Shown piece by piece: positions 39,901 through 50,400 of a stretch of DNA of 64,000 nucleotides. The DNA is from Candidatus Poribacteria bacterium. GTDB taxonomy: Bacteria > Poribacteria > WGA-4E > JAJDTR01. How positions within the stretch are numbered: position 1 is the first letter of the stretch; every line of letters starts with the position of its first letter. Location: NCBI GenBank assembly GCA_965222225.1, contig CBDCTK010000002.1, positions 672,001-736,000 on the forward strand. Reading direction: 5' to 3'. The position numbers were made by a program, and so were the translations under genes. The notes below the pieces were generated by a model. The model searched no databases, was not told the origin of the DNA, and was given only the letters and a program-made list of their open reading frames with translations.

Positions 39901-41457
39901 GTGAAATACGACACAATCATCGTTGGCTCCGGCTCGGCGGGGGGTATACTCGCGGCGCGGCTAACCGAGGATGCGCACCGATCAGTGCTGTTGTTAGAGG
40001 CAGGTCCTGATTTTCCCACGCTCGAACAGCTTCCCGATGAAATTCGGTTTGCATACGGTCATGACCCCAATCTCTGGGCGCGTGCGTTTGGACATGAAAC
40101 CAAATTCGGTTGGGGTTACACCGCAAAAGCCACTGCCCAGCACCCCAATATGCTCGTTCCACGAGGTAAAATAATTGGCGGATCGAGTGCGGTGAATGCG
40201 CAGATCTTTCTTCGGGGAGTTCCCGAAGATTATGATAGCTGGGCTGAAATGGGCAACGATAAGTGGAGTTACCGGGAGTTGATTCCTTACTTTCGCAAAA
40301 ACGAAGCAGATCCCGATTTTCATGATGATTTCCACGGCGCCGATGGCCCTATCCGTGTTCGTCGGTTTCGAGAAGGGGGATTTCTGCCTGAACAGCGGGC
40401 ATTCTACGACGCCTGTCGTGCTTTGGGCTACCCGGATTGTCCCGATAACAACGCTCCCGACTCAACGGGAGTTGGCGCGGTGGCGCTAAATAATGTTGAC
40501 GGCATCCGTTGGAGCACGGCAATAGGATATCTCAATCCGGCGCGCCATCGGGTGAACCTGACGATAAAAGGTAATTGCACCGTGCACCGCGTGCTTTTTG
40601 AAGGGCATCGAGCAGGCGGAGTGTCCGTCGAGAGCGGCGGGGAGATGTTCCGCGTCTATGGCGACGAGATTATCGTGTGTGCGGGAGCAATCGGCTCACC
40701 GCACCTTCTTATGCTCTCGGGGGTTGGGCCCGCCGATCACCTCCGGGAGATGCGTATACCCGTGGTGCACGACTTGCCGGGGGTCGGACAGAACCTTAGA
40801 GACCATCCACAAGTTACCATCGCGCTGAAAGCGAAAGAGGCGTATCTCACCAATGGGACCGAGCCTCGCCTGCAGATGGGGCTTCGTTACACCGCGCGCG
40901 GATCCGCCCTCCGCAACGATATGTTTATTCTGCCCGGCTCGTACGCTACCGAAGAGGGCTATTACCGCATATCAAGGTCGAAGCCGTTTGGATTTTATAT
41001 TACCGCATGCATCTATTTGGCAGTAGGCGCAGGGGAAATCACGCTCGCCTCTTCCGACCCTCACGAACAACCTGTTCTTGATTATAACTATCTGGCGGAA
41101 TCCTTTGACCGTGATCGGCTACGAGAAGCGGTTCGCATGATGGTCGAATTCGCGGAGCATGAAGCATACGAGGAGATTGTCGCCGAATGTGTAGCGCCAA
41201 CGGACGACTCTCTGATGACCGACGCCGCGCTTGACGAATGGATGATGCGTGAAGTGTGCACCAGCCATCACAGTTCGTCAACCTGCAAGATGGGGCAAGA
41301 ATTAGATCCGATGGCGGTTGTCGATCAGTACGGAAAAGTTCACGGGATTGAGGGGTTGCGAGTCGCTGACGCTTCCATCATGCCCGATTGTATTCGTGCC
41401 AACACCAATGTGACAACCATGGTCATTGGGGAACGGGTGGCTGATTTCATTCGGTAG
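39901..41457 (+). CDS. GMC family oxidoreductase (choline dehydrogenase/MftG-like)
   Basis: 'IVGSGSAG', 'PRGKIIGGSSAVN', 'GVGQNLRDHP', 'LRVADASIMP...NTN'. Confidence 0.92.
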   Translation: MKYDTIIVGSGSAGGILAARLTEDAHRSVLLLEAGPDFPTLEQLPDEIRFAYGHDPNLWARAFGHETKFGWGYTAKATAQHPNMLVPRGKIIGGSSAVNAQIFLRGVPEDYDSWAEMGNDKWSYRELIPYFRKNEADPDFHDDFHGADGPIRVRRFREGGFLPEQRAFYDACRALGYPDCPDNNAPDSTGVGAVALNNVDGIRWSTAIGYLNPARHRVNLTIKGNCTVHRVLFEGHRAGGVSVESGGEMFRVYGDEIIVCAGAIGSPHLLMLSGVGPADHLREMRIPVVHDLPGVGQNLRDHPQVTIALKAKEAYLTNGTEPRLQMGLRYTARGSALRNDMFILPGSYATEEGYYRISRSKPFGFYITACIYLAVGAGEITLASSDPHEQPVLDYNYLAESFDRDRLREAVRMMVEFAEHEAYEEIVAECVAPTDDSLMTDAALDEWMMREVCTSHHSSSTCKMGQELDPMAVVDQYGKVHGIEGLRVADASIMPDCIRANTNVTTMVIGERVADFIR

Positions 41458-41574
41458 ACGGTGCTGAATTTCTACACAAGCGGGGATTGACGTATCGGTT
41501 GAAGGTAATACCATTTCCCCATATATCCAGTGAGTTAATAGGGTCAATCAAATCTTACCAATGCGGGGCAAGGG

Positions 41575-41645
41575 AATTTCTACCGTACTCGCTATCCGCT
41601 CGCTTGAGGGGATTTCTATCGCACTCGCTATCCGCTCGCTTGATC
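41575..41645 (+). repeat. Two tandem 35-nt modules
   Basis: AATTTCTACCGTACTCGCTATCCGCTCGCTTGAGG and GATTTCTATCGCACTCGCTATCCGCTCGCTTGATC. Confidence 0.85.
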
Positions 41646-41754
41646 CCCGCCTGCCGGGTTTGGTTGGAGAGAAATGGTCGGTATCGGTTTGTTCATTATA
41701 GTATGATTGAAAAACATTGTACGCAATATTATCGGAACGAAACGGTATAAGTTA

Positions 41755-41985
41755 GAGCCTGTTTGAATAGTCGGCAGCCAAGCTATTTTTAGCCATTTGC
41801 AGACAAGTTTTTTCATGTTTGTGTAACTGCCCGTTAAATACCTGTCAGGATTTCTATCGCACTCACTATTCGCTCGCTTGATCCCACTCTGGGGCTTTTA
41901 GAGGCTGGTGCGCAGGGGATCTCTATCGCAGTCATTATTCATTCCTTTGATCGCACCCTACGAACTGTACTTTTCAAACAGGCTC
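41755..41985. mobile_element. Complete MITE with TTA target duplication and two modules (41849-41883, 41918-41952)
   Basis: TTA|GAGCCTGTTTGAA ... TTCAAACAGGCTC|TTA. Confidence 0.85.
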
Positions 41986-42147
41986 TTAGTATAAGTTAAT
42001 GGAAAACAAATGGCCGTTTGAATTTGCGGTAACTTACGGTAAAATGGGCATGTCGAGGCTGGACTTCGCGCGTGGGCCGGCATTGTGGGTGACGGGTTGA
42101 GATTCCTTTCATAGTCGAAAAAACTGTCCATTGGGGAGGAAATGTAG

Positions 42148-42870
42148 ATGCGTTTGACAGAGCAACAGCGGAACAGATACAAAGAATCGGGCTATCTTCT
42201 CGTAACGGGACTGTTCGATATCAAGACCGCAAAACAGATGATTGACCACTATATGGAAATGCGTGCCGAGGGACCAAAACCCGGGGATTCCGGGGGAACG
42301 CCGGATAAACCCGATGATCCGACTCACAAATATCCTCGAATGATAAGCATGCATGAATGGGATGGGGTTACCGGAAACTGGGCACAACAGGCGGATATGT
42401 TAGCTATCGTGAGCCAACTGATTGACGACACCCCGGTCTTGCGGCAGACGATGCTTTATTTCAAACCCCCAGGAGGGCGAGGTCAGGGGCTTCATCAAGA
42501 CCAACAATACATTCCGACGGAGCCGCTTATTGGTGTGTGGATAGCCCTTGATGAATCAGACGAGGCAGTAGGACAGATGATTGTTGTTCCCGGCTCGCAC
42601 AAATTCGGACATCTGCCGGTGCAAGCGGCTGACACGTCTGTTTCGTTTACGCCCGTTCAATCGATGATACCGGCGGAGGCGACGGAGGTGGGTGTCAACA
42701 TGAAACCGGGGGATGCACTATTTTTTGATGGTAAAACGCTCCACGGTTCGTACCTCAACACGACCAAAGAACGCTGGCGTCGCAGTTTTATCTGTCATTA
42801 TATCGGCGAACACGCGGAGAATTTTGAGCCGGAGCAGGGGACACTTGTGTCGCATTTGCGCTCTTCGTAG
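42148..42870 (+). CDS. Phytanoyl-CoA dioxygenase (PhyH) family protein
   Basis: 'YFKPPGGRGQGLHQD', 'WIALD', 'VPGSHK', 'LHGSYLN...RRS'. Confidence 0.9.
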   Translation: MRLTEQQRNRYKESGYLLVTGLFDIKTAKQMIDHYMEMRAEGPKPGDSGGTPDKPDDPTHKYPRMISMHEWDGVTGNWAQQADMLAIVSQLIDDTPVLRQTMLYFKPPGGRGQGLHQDQQYIPTEPLIGVWIALDESDEAVGQMIVVPGSHKFGHLPVQAADTSVSFTPVQSMIPAEATEVGVNMKPGDALFFDGKTLHGSYLNTTKERWRRSFICHYIGEHAENFEPEQGTLVSHLRSS

Positions 42871-43049
42871 ATGCTCTTGAATTGTGACGTGCCTTTTGTC
42901 TCTATGATGTCTTCAAACCATGGCAAATTTGCGTGGGGAGCCTTCTATTTTGTAACGGATATCACCGTAGTTGGTCTTGTGAGCAGTAAACGCCATTTGA
43001 TTGGGATAGCCGTGATTGATTCCTGATGTCATGGTATGGCACGGGGAGG

Positions 43050-43167
43050 GATTTCTATCGTGCTGGGATCGCATTCGCTATTCGCTCATTCGATCTATTC
43101 GGTCGCTTGATCGCACGAGAGTCACTATCAAGACTTGCTATCGCCCTCCTTATTCAGTCGGTTGATC
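43050..43167 (+). repeat. Nested stack of partial and full 35-nt modules
   Basis: GATTTCTATCGTGC / GATCGCATTCGCTATTCGCTCATTCGATC / TATTCGGTCGCTTGATC / ACTTGCTATCGCCCTCCTTATTCAGTCGGTTGATC (43133-43167). Confidence 0.75.
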
Positions 43168-43272
43168 CTGAGCCATAAACGCTTGCTTTTCGGTTAACCA
43201 TCAGCTATACTTGAGCCATTGACTGGAAATAGCACTGTTAGACCTTATTGAGGTTCGGTAAGGGGAGTTTCT

Positions 43273-44223
43273 ATGCGTGCAATCGTTACCAGACTGAAGC
43301 CTGATGGAACTCGCGAGAAGGTGTTAGTGGACGATTGGCCAAATCCCGGGGCTCCCGCTGAAAACGAAGTCAAGACTCGTACACTGTATTCGGGAATCAC
43401 TAACGGAACGGAACGCAACGATCTCCTGAGCGGCAATTACGCCAGTCCAGATGATGAATTGCCCGCACGTGGTGGTTACCAAAATGTGGGCGAAGTGATC
43501 GAGGTGGGTTCCGGTGTGCAGGGCTTGGAGACTAGCGACGTACTCTACATGAGTCGAAGCCATCTTGAGTTCTGTCTCGAACCTGAAGATCGATTGCACA
43601 TCAAGCTGCCCACCGGGATCAAGCCGAAAGAGGCTGCACTCTTCGGTGTCGCCGGTGTCGCCATGCGATGCTGTCGAAACGCTGATCTGCGCATAGGCAC
43701 TCGGATGCTAGTGGTTGGTGCAGGAATCGTAGGTCAATTGGTCGCCCAGATTGCGGCGTCTACCGGTGCGTGCGTGACACTGTGTGATGTTGATGAGCAT
43801 CGTCTAAAGATTGCCGAGACGATCGGTGCTGCTGACGAGATCATCAATGTTGGCGGTGACGGTTGGGACAAATACATCCCTGATTTTGGATTCGATATTG
43901 TACTTGATGCGGCAGGTGTTTTGGGCATGGAGGACAAGCTGATTACCGCCGCAAAGAAACATGGGACCATTATGTTCATCGCAGGACGATTTAGAGTAGA
44001 ATACATCTTTAACCGGGGGCAAGGACGCGAAATCACGATTAAGCAGAACAGCCACTTTGACAACTCTGACCTTTATCACATGTGCCGCTTTGTGTCGAAG
44101 GGCATGATTCAGATTGCACCCTTAATCCAAGATGTGGCGCCGGTTGCCGAAGCGAAAAGGATTTATGACACGCTCCGGGATGAGCCACAGAAGTTGCTTG
44201 GGACCGTTTTTGATTGGAGGTAA
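43273..44223 (+). CDS. MDR (zinc-binding dehydrogenase-like) oxidoreductase
   Basis: 'YSGITNGTE', 'GYQNVGEVIEVG', Rossmann 'VVGAGIVG'. Confidence 0.85.
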   Translation: MRAIVTRLKPDGTREKVLVDDWPNPGAPAENEVKTRTLYSGITNGTERNDLLSGNYASPDDELPARGGYQNVGEVIEVGSGVQGLETSDVLYMSRSHLEFCLEPEDRLHIKLPTGIKPKEAALFGVAGVAMRCCRNADLRIGTRMLVVGAGIVGQLVAQIAASTGACVTLCDVDEHRLKIAETIGAADEIINVGGDGWDKYIPDFGFDIVLDAAGVLGMEDKLITAAKKHGTIMFIAGRFRVEYIFNRGQGREITIKQNSHFDNSDLYHMCRFVSKGMIQIAPLIQDVAPVAEAKRIYDTLRDEPQKLLGTVFDWR

Positions 44224-44228
44224 ATAGG

Positions 44229-44888
44229 ATGAGAACTGCACCGGTAACTATCGCTGTTGTCACTGGAGGGCATAGCTATGATGTCATCAATTTTCGGCGG
44301 CTTTTCAGCGGCTTAGACGGCATTGACTCTCATGTCCAGCACATGGATGATTTTGCGACCTCTTCAGAGAAGGTTCGGGATTCATACGACGTTGTTGTCT
44401 TCTATCACATGTTGATGGACGGTCCACGCGACGAGGGCTTACCGGGCTACGCCGGGAAACCCAAAGCGGTTTTGGAACATCTCGGCGAAACACAGCAAGG
44501 CGTCTTCGTTCTCCATCATGCACTCCTGGCGTATCCGCGATGGCACGTCTGGGACGAAATAGTGGGGATGGACGACCGCTCTTTTGGCGCCCATGCCGGC
44601 AAATCTCTTCATGTAGAGATTGCCGATGCAAGTCATCCGATTACTCGTGATCTGTCGGACTGGGACATGCTTGATGAGACTTATACGATGGCTGAACCCG
44701 CAGCAGACAACAACGTTCTCCTCACAGTCAAGCACTCGCAAAGCATGGAGGCGATTGCTTGGAATCGGGAGCACAAGAATAGTCGGGTATTCTGTTTTCA
44801 GTCTGGTCATGATAACCAGACCTGGGCAGATGCAGGATTTCAGGAAGTTCTGCGTCGCGGCATTTTGTGGTGTGGAAGAAAGCTTTAG
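44229..44888 (+). CDS. ThuA-like domain protein
   Basis: 'VVTGGHSYD', 'HPITRDLSDWDMLDETY', 'RVFCFQSGHD', 'RGILW'. Confidence 0.8.
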   Translation: MRTAPVTIAVVTGGHSYDVINFRRLFSGLDGIDSHVQHMDDFATSSEKVRDSYDVVVFYHMLMDGPRDEGLPGYAGKPKAVLEHLGETQQGVFVLHHALLAYPRWHVWDEIVGMDDRSFGAHAGKSLHVEIADASHPITRDLSDWDMLDETYTMAEPAADNNVLLTVKHSQSMEAIAWNREHKNSRVFCFQSGHDNQTWADAGFQEVLRRGILWCGRKL

Positions 44889-44974
44889 GTGCTGTCGGTT
44901 GGGCATTCATTAGCGAAGCGCTTACGCACCTAAATCTGAAAAAGAGCAATTCGTTTGGCGTTCATACTCCATCG

Positions 44975-45142
44975 CTAAGAACCTGTTTGAATAATCGGTG
45001 GCAAAGCCATTTTTGGTCATTTGTAGAAAGTTTTTTCATGTTTTCATTGTTGGCTGTTACATACCTGTAGGATCTCTATCGCAGTCGCTATTCGCTCCCT
45101 TGATCGCACCCTACAAACTGTACTTTTCAAACAGGTTCTTAG
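44975..45142. mobile_element. Complete 168-bp MITE with one module (45071-45105)
   Basis: Perfect 17-bp IR CTAAGAACCTGTTTGAA / TTCAAACAGGTTCTTAG. Confidence 0.85.
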
Positions 45143-45442
45143 TGATGACTTTAACCCTGTCCATAATTCACTAATTCATTTAACGTAGGGATTTTTGAGT
45201 ACCGGTGTTCAACGCCGCTGGTGATTGGTCGTCGCAAATCCCTTTAGTCAAAGGTATTCGTCATCTTCAGATAACTTACATTGCGAAATTTTGGACGAGA
45301 TTGTAATTTTTCGGCTTAACAAACAACCCTTTATTCTAAAGTCTATCAAGCATCTGGACAAGAAGAGACTTCCAACCTACAAGGGAAGAAAGTTGCCTAT
45401 TTGTCTTGGTCCTTAAACAATCGGCAAAGGAGAAATAGTAAA

Positions 45443-45847
45443 GTGAATAGGAGAAAACCAAGCACCTCGCGCTCGCGCGGACAGCAATTCGGGACGGGAG
45501 CAAAGCCGTCAAGAGCGGGTGCCCGAAGGAAGAAAAAGAAAGCCAAAGAGAAACTGGTAAAGCAGAGTATCGATAATCGAGAAGGTGTTGAGTCTAATGA
45601 CACAGAAGGCGATCACGTTGAATTGAAGGATGACAAAATCGTGGTTGAAGGAACGGTTACTGAGACGCTTCCTAACGCTATGTTCCGCGTGGATTTAGAT
45701 GAGGCTAGCGTCGAACATCAAATTCTTGCCCATATCTCTGGGAGAATGAGGAAGTTCTTTATCAAAATCTTGCCGGGTGACAAAGTAACGGTCGAACTTT
45801 CACCGTATGACTTGACACGCGGGCGCATCACCTACCGGAAGAAATAG
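45443..45847 (+). CDS. infA: Translation initiation factor IF-1 with an N-terminal extension
   Basis: '[18 protein letters not shown]', 'LAHISGRMR', '[24 protein letters not shown]'; AAGGAG precedes an in-frame GTG at 45443. Confidence 0.88.
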   Translation: MNRRKPSTSRSRGQQFGTGAKPSRAGARRKKKKAKEKLVKQSIDNREGVESNDTEGDHVELKDDKIVVEGTVTETLPNAMFRVDLDEASVEHQILAHISGRMRKFFIKILPGDKVTVELSPYDLTRGRITYRKK

Positions 45848-45996
45848 TCGCCTACCACCAATCGGCAAGTTGAGCGAAGATAGGAGATTTTCACGCCGAT
45901 CTGTGAATATAGTTGTTTCGTGCTGTTCGGCGATGGGCAATTAAACTGCTATTGATTGACAGAGGAAACACGTTGCCGGTTTTGCGTTAGCTGTAT

Positions 45997-47250
45997 ATGA
46001 ACCCCTACCTGACAATCATTCTCACTGCGATGATTGGGGAGTTTTTGCTCCGCAGCATAGCCCGACTTCTCAATCTCAAAGCCCTCTCTCCAAATCTGCC
46101 AGCCGAATTCGTCGGATTTTACGACGAAGCGAAGTATCGACAGTCACAGGAATACACAAAAATAAACGCCAAATTTGCCTATGTCTCGACATTGATTGAT
46201 TTGGTCGTTCTGGTTGGCTTTATTCTGATAGGCGGGTTCAATTATGTAGACGATTTGGCTCGTAGTTGGACTTCAATACCGATTCTTAGAGGCCTATTGT
46301 TCTTTGGGCTACTTTATGTAATTAGAGACATTTTATCCACGCCGTTCGCGCTGTATGAAACTTTCGTGATTGAGGAGAAGTTTGGGTTCAATAAGACAAC
46401 GGTGAAGACCTTCTTACTGGATAAGGTCAAGAGTTACGTTTTGCTTACAGCTCTAGGTGCGGTTTTGCTCGGCGGGATTCTGTATCTCTTCGAGGAGATT
46501 GGTGATTGGGGTTGGCTTTACGCATGGGGACTGGTGTCCCTTTTCATCATCGTCGCACCGTCACTATTTATAACAGTCATCGCGCCACTGTTCAACAAAT
46601 TTACCCTCCTGCACGATGGTGCCCTCAAAGATGCGATTGAAAGGTACAGTGAAAGCGTAAAATTCCCGCTGACGGAAATATCAGTGATGGATGGGTCAAA
46701 GCGTTCAGGGCATTCCAATGCCTACTTTAGCGGGTTCGGCAAGAAAAAGCGGATTGTGCTTTTCGATACGCTAATCGAGAAGCATTCGGTCAAGGAACTT
46801 GTCGCCATTCTTGCGCATGAAGTTGGGCACTACAAGCAAAAGCATATATTGAAAGGGGTGCTTGTCTCAATCGTGCACGCTGGAATCTTGTTTTTCCTTC
46901 TCTCGCTATTCATTGAGAATCAAGGGCTCTTTGATGCGTTTCGGATGGAACAAACATCGGTCTATGCAGGATTGGTATTTTTCAGTATCTTGTATGCTCC
47001 GATTGAATTGGTGCTTTCGATTGCTATGAATGTCGTATCACGGAAGCATGAATATGAAGCAGACGCCTTCGCCGCAGACACAATCGGTTCAGCAGAACCG
47101 TTAGTCAACGGGCTGAAAATCTTGTCTGTTTCTAATCTCGGAAATCTGACCCCGGATAACTTGACGGTTATCTTGAATTACAGCCATCCACCAATTCTTC
47201 AGCGGATTGCGGCACTCCGTGGGCTGGACGCAGCTGGCCAGCGGGCGTGA
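45997..47250 (+). CDS. M48 family (Ste24-like) membrane metalloprotease
   Basis: 'DGSKRSGHSNAYFSG', 'AHEVGH', 'EYEADAFA', 'YSHPP'. Confidence 0.93.
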   Translation: MNPYLTIILTAMIGEFLLRSIARLLNLKALSPNLPAEFVGFYDEAKYRQSQEYTKINAKFAYVSTLIDLVVLVGFILIGGFNYVDDLARSWTSIPILRGLLFFGLLYVIRDILSTPFALYETFVIEEKFGFNKTTVKTFLLDKVKSYVLLTALGAVLLGGILYLFEEIGDWGWLYAWGLVSLFIIVAPSLFITVIAPLFNKFTLLHDGALKDAIERYSESVKFPLTEISVMDGSKRSGHSNAYFSGFGKKKRIVLFDTLIEKHSVKELVAILAHEVGHYKQKHILKGVLVSIVHAGILFFLLSLFIENQGLFDAFRMEQTSVYAGLVFFSILYAPIELVLSIAMNVVSRKHEYEADAFAADTIGSAEPLVNGLKILSVSNLGNLTPDNLTVILNYSHPPILQRIAALRGLDAAGQRA

Positions 47251-47407
47251 TGCAGCGAGTTATTCCATCAAGGACATGTCGAGTCCTGAAATTCACGCGG
47301 TGCTAATTTCCTGTGGCGGGCGGTGCCCCTGCAACTAGAGCAGCTTATGCAAAGGTAGGATGATTGGGTAGGAGGTCTCTACTGCAAGATGTGCGACTTT
47401 CAAACTC

Positions 47408-50400
47408 TTATCCGCTAAACCGTGCCGAAACGACTTTTGATACCCCTGCTTGTTCCATCGTTACACCGTACATCACATCGGCGATTTCCATTGTTCGCTT
47501 GTTATGCGTAATAATGACAAATTGCGTGTGCTGGGCATAGTTGTGAATGAGCTTGGTGAATCGAAGAACGTTGGCTTCATCAAGCGCAGCATCGACTTCA
47601 TCCAGAATACAGAACGGACTAGGTTTGAGTTTGAAAATTGCGAATAGTAACGCAATGGCAACCAGTGACCGTTCGCCTCCCGAAAGCTGCGTGATGCTCT
47701 GTGGACGTTTCCCCGGCGGACACGCGATGATGTCAATCCCCGATTCCAAAATGTCTGATTCATCAGTCAAGGCGAGTTCAGATTCCCCACCCTCAAAGAG
47801 TTCTGTAAAGACTTCTCGAAAATTTGCACGAATCTGCTCAAAAGCTTTCTGAAATGCCTCGCGCGAAGTTTGATTAATTTTCTGAATTGCTTTGTAGGTG
47901 GATTCAATAGACTTTTCCAAATCCTCGCGCTGAAGGACAAGGAACTCCTCCCGCTTTTTGTGCGCCTCATACTCTTCAATGGCTTTCATGTTGACGGTAC
48001 CAACGTCTGCGATCTGTGCCTTAAGTGATTCGACTTGGTCGAGCAATTCGATTTCGTTTACCGTCTGTTCCGTTGCCTGAACCTGCTCGATTGACACCTG
48101 GTATTTTTCGGTGATTCCGGCGGAAATAGCCTTTATCTGCATTTCTAGCTGGGTGACGGTAACTTCCATTTGGTGCCGCATCCGGTTGTGCTTGTCACCC
48201 TGTCTTCTCCCTGTACGCATCAATTTCTGTAATTCAGCATCGCGTTGTCTTAGCGCTTCACGTTCCTCTGTTAAAAGGTTTACCCTTTCCTCCGCTTCGG
48301 CTTTTTCCTGTTCTATCCGGAGAAACTGCTGCTGGGCTTCATCAATCAGTTTTGAGAGGTTCTGCCGCGTTTCGTCATCGGAGTCAATTACTTTCTGATA
48401 TTCACCCATGTTCTCGCGGACTCGCGCTTGATTTTTCTCAGACGTATCAAGTCTTGCTTTGATTCCGGATAATTGCTCACGCTTGCTTGCTAGAGAGACT
48501 TCAAGGGCTTGGCAGGAAGCCACTACCTCATCGTGCTTGTTGCTTTCGCTCTGAACTTGCTCAGAGAGGCGTTTTATGCGGTTTTGTAGCTTGTTGCGCG
48601 TTTTCTGGATCTCGTCCAGTTCGGTTTGACTGTTTTCGGAGTTTGCTCTCGATTTGTCGGCTTCCTCCTGAAAACGGGAACTCTCCGTTTGTACCTCTTC
48701 TAATTCCCGCTTGTGTTGTACAATGTCTCGCTTGTGTTGTTCTAAGTCTTTCACATGACCGGCATACTCAATCTCACTATGCTGTTGTTGACTGGCAAGT
48801 GATTCGTGCCTTTGCACAAGTTGAGCCAATTTTCCGACATGCTCTTTTTGGTTCAAATTTTTCCCGTTAATGGTGGAAGTCAGATTATCGATCTTTGTTT
48901 GTAAATCTTCCAATTCTCGTGGTCGACTCAGAAACCCGGTCGTCTGATTGGCACTGGAACCACCGGTAACCGCTCCAAAAGTACTGATAATCTCGCCCTC
49001 GACAGTTACGAGACGGGAATTTGGGCGAAATTTTTGTGCGAGTTTAATAGCAGTATCAAGATCTTTAATGACAACTGTATTTCCTAGCAACTGTCGAATT
49101 GCGATGTCATATTTCGGCGCATACTCCACGAGATCCGAAGCCAAACCGATTACGCCCGTCTGATTGAGAAGCGCCTCATCACGAAATGACCTGGCACGCA
49201 GCATATCCAACGGCAAGAATGTCACTCGTCCGGCGCGCGTTCGCTTGAGGAATGTAATTCCCTTCTTTGCGTCTTCGGCAGTTTCTGTTACGACGTTTTG
49301 GATCGCGCTGCCCAACGCTACCTCAACAGCTAACTCGTAGTCGGAATCCGTGCGGATGAGTTCCGCAACGACGCCGCAAACTCCTCCAAACTGTTCCGGA
49401 TCATTTTCTTTTGCCATCATGACGGCTCGAACGCCGGTGTAAAAACCCTCGTACGTCGACTGTAATTCTTTCAGCGATTTCAATCGAGAGACGCTCATAC
49501 CGAGGGAGTCCTGTAATCCCCGAATCTCCGATTCAAGCTTCCGGAGTAAATCCCTTCGTTTCTGGCGTTCTTCCTCAATCTGTCGCTTCTCGGTGTCCAA
49601 CTGCACCAGCGTCGCTTTCAGTTGTTGTTCGCGTTTCTGTGCTTCAGCCTGAGCGGCTTCAACGGATTCGAGTTTTCCTTGAACTACCTCGGTATCTCCG
49701 AGGACTCGATTGAGGTTATGCGTAGCGAATTCCAGCCTATTGTTGAGCGATACGACCTCGGATTCCAGTCGGGATTCCTGATTCGCTTGTTCGGACAATT
49801 CAGTTTCGCTCTGGTTGATTGTCTGCCTAGTTTCGGCTATCCGCGTTGCGAAATCATTCAATACACGCCTTCGTGCAGTTAGACGGCTTTCCTCCAACTT
49901 AAGAGTTGCATTGAGTTGGGTTCGCTTTTGTTCGAGTCCGCGTTTCTCGGTATCCAACTCGGCAAGTTCTTTTTCGAACGATTGGATCGCGAGCTTTGCT
50001 CGTTGGCGTTGTTCATGGAGGTTCAACTGTCGTTCCTTGTGGAGGGCAATTTGGCGCTCGATTTGCTCAATCCGACTTGAGAATTGCCTTGTGAGATTGT
50101 TGCCTTCCTCAATTGCCTTATCAAGCGTTGCTCTTCGTTCAATTAGTTCTTCGCTCTCCTGTTCCGCCGACTGAATGGTATTGTTCACCTCATCGATTGC
50201 TGCCAGAAGGTTATCCAAACTCCCCTGTGTTTCGGTTAAATCTTCAAGAAATCGTTCGTACTCTCGGCGCTTCTGATTTAACTCAAGATTCTTGAGTTGC
50301 TCGTGCAACTCTTGGTGACGGCGTGCCTGCGCCGCTTGACGTTTTAGTTTTTCGGTTTCCCGCTGTGCTTCGTTAATTACATCGTCGATGCGAACAAGAT

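Noticed and set aside
3126-45105. 35-nt module as a CRISPR repeat
   Set aside because: Copies are dispersed or directly stacked, have no regular unique spacers, vary internally, and no cas genes are present.
3126-45105. Module variation as DGR adenine mutagenesis
   Set aside because: Variation is compensatory between paired positions, several adenines are nearly invariant, and no RT or TR/VR pair is in the window.
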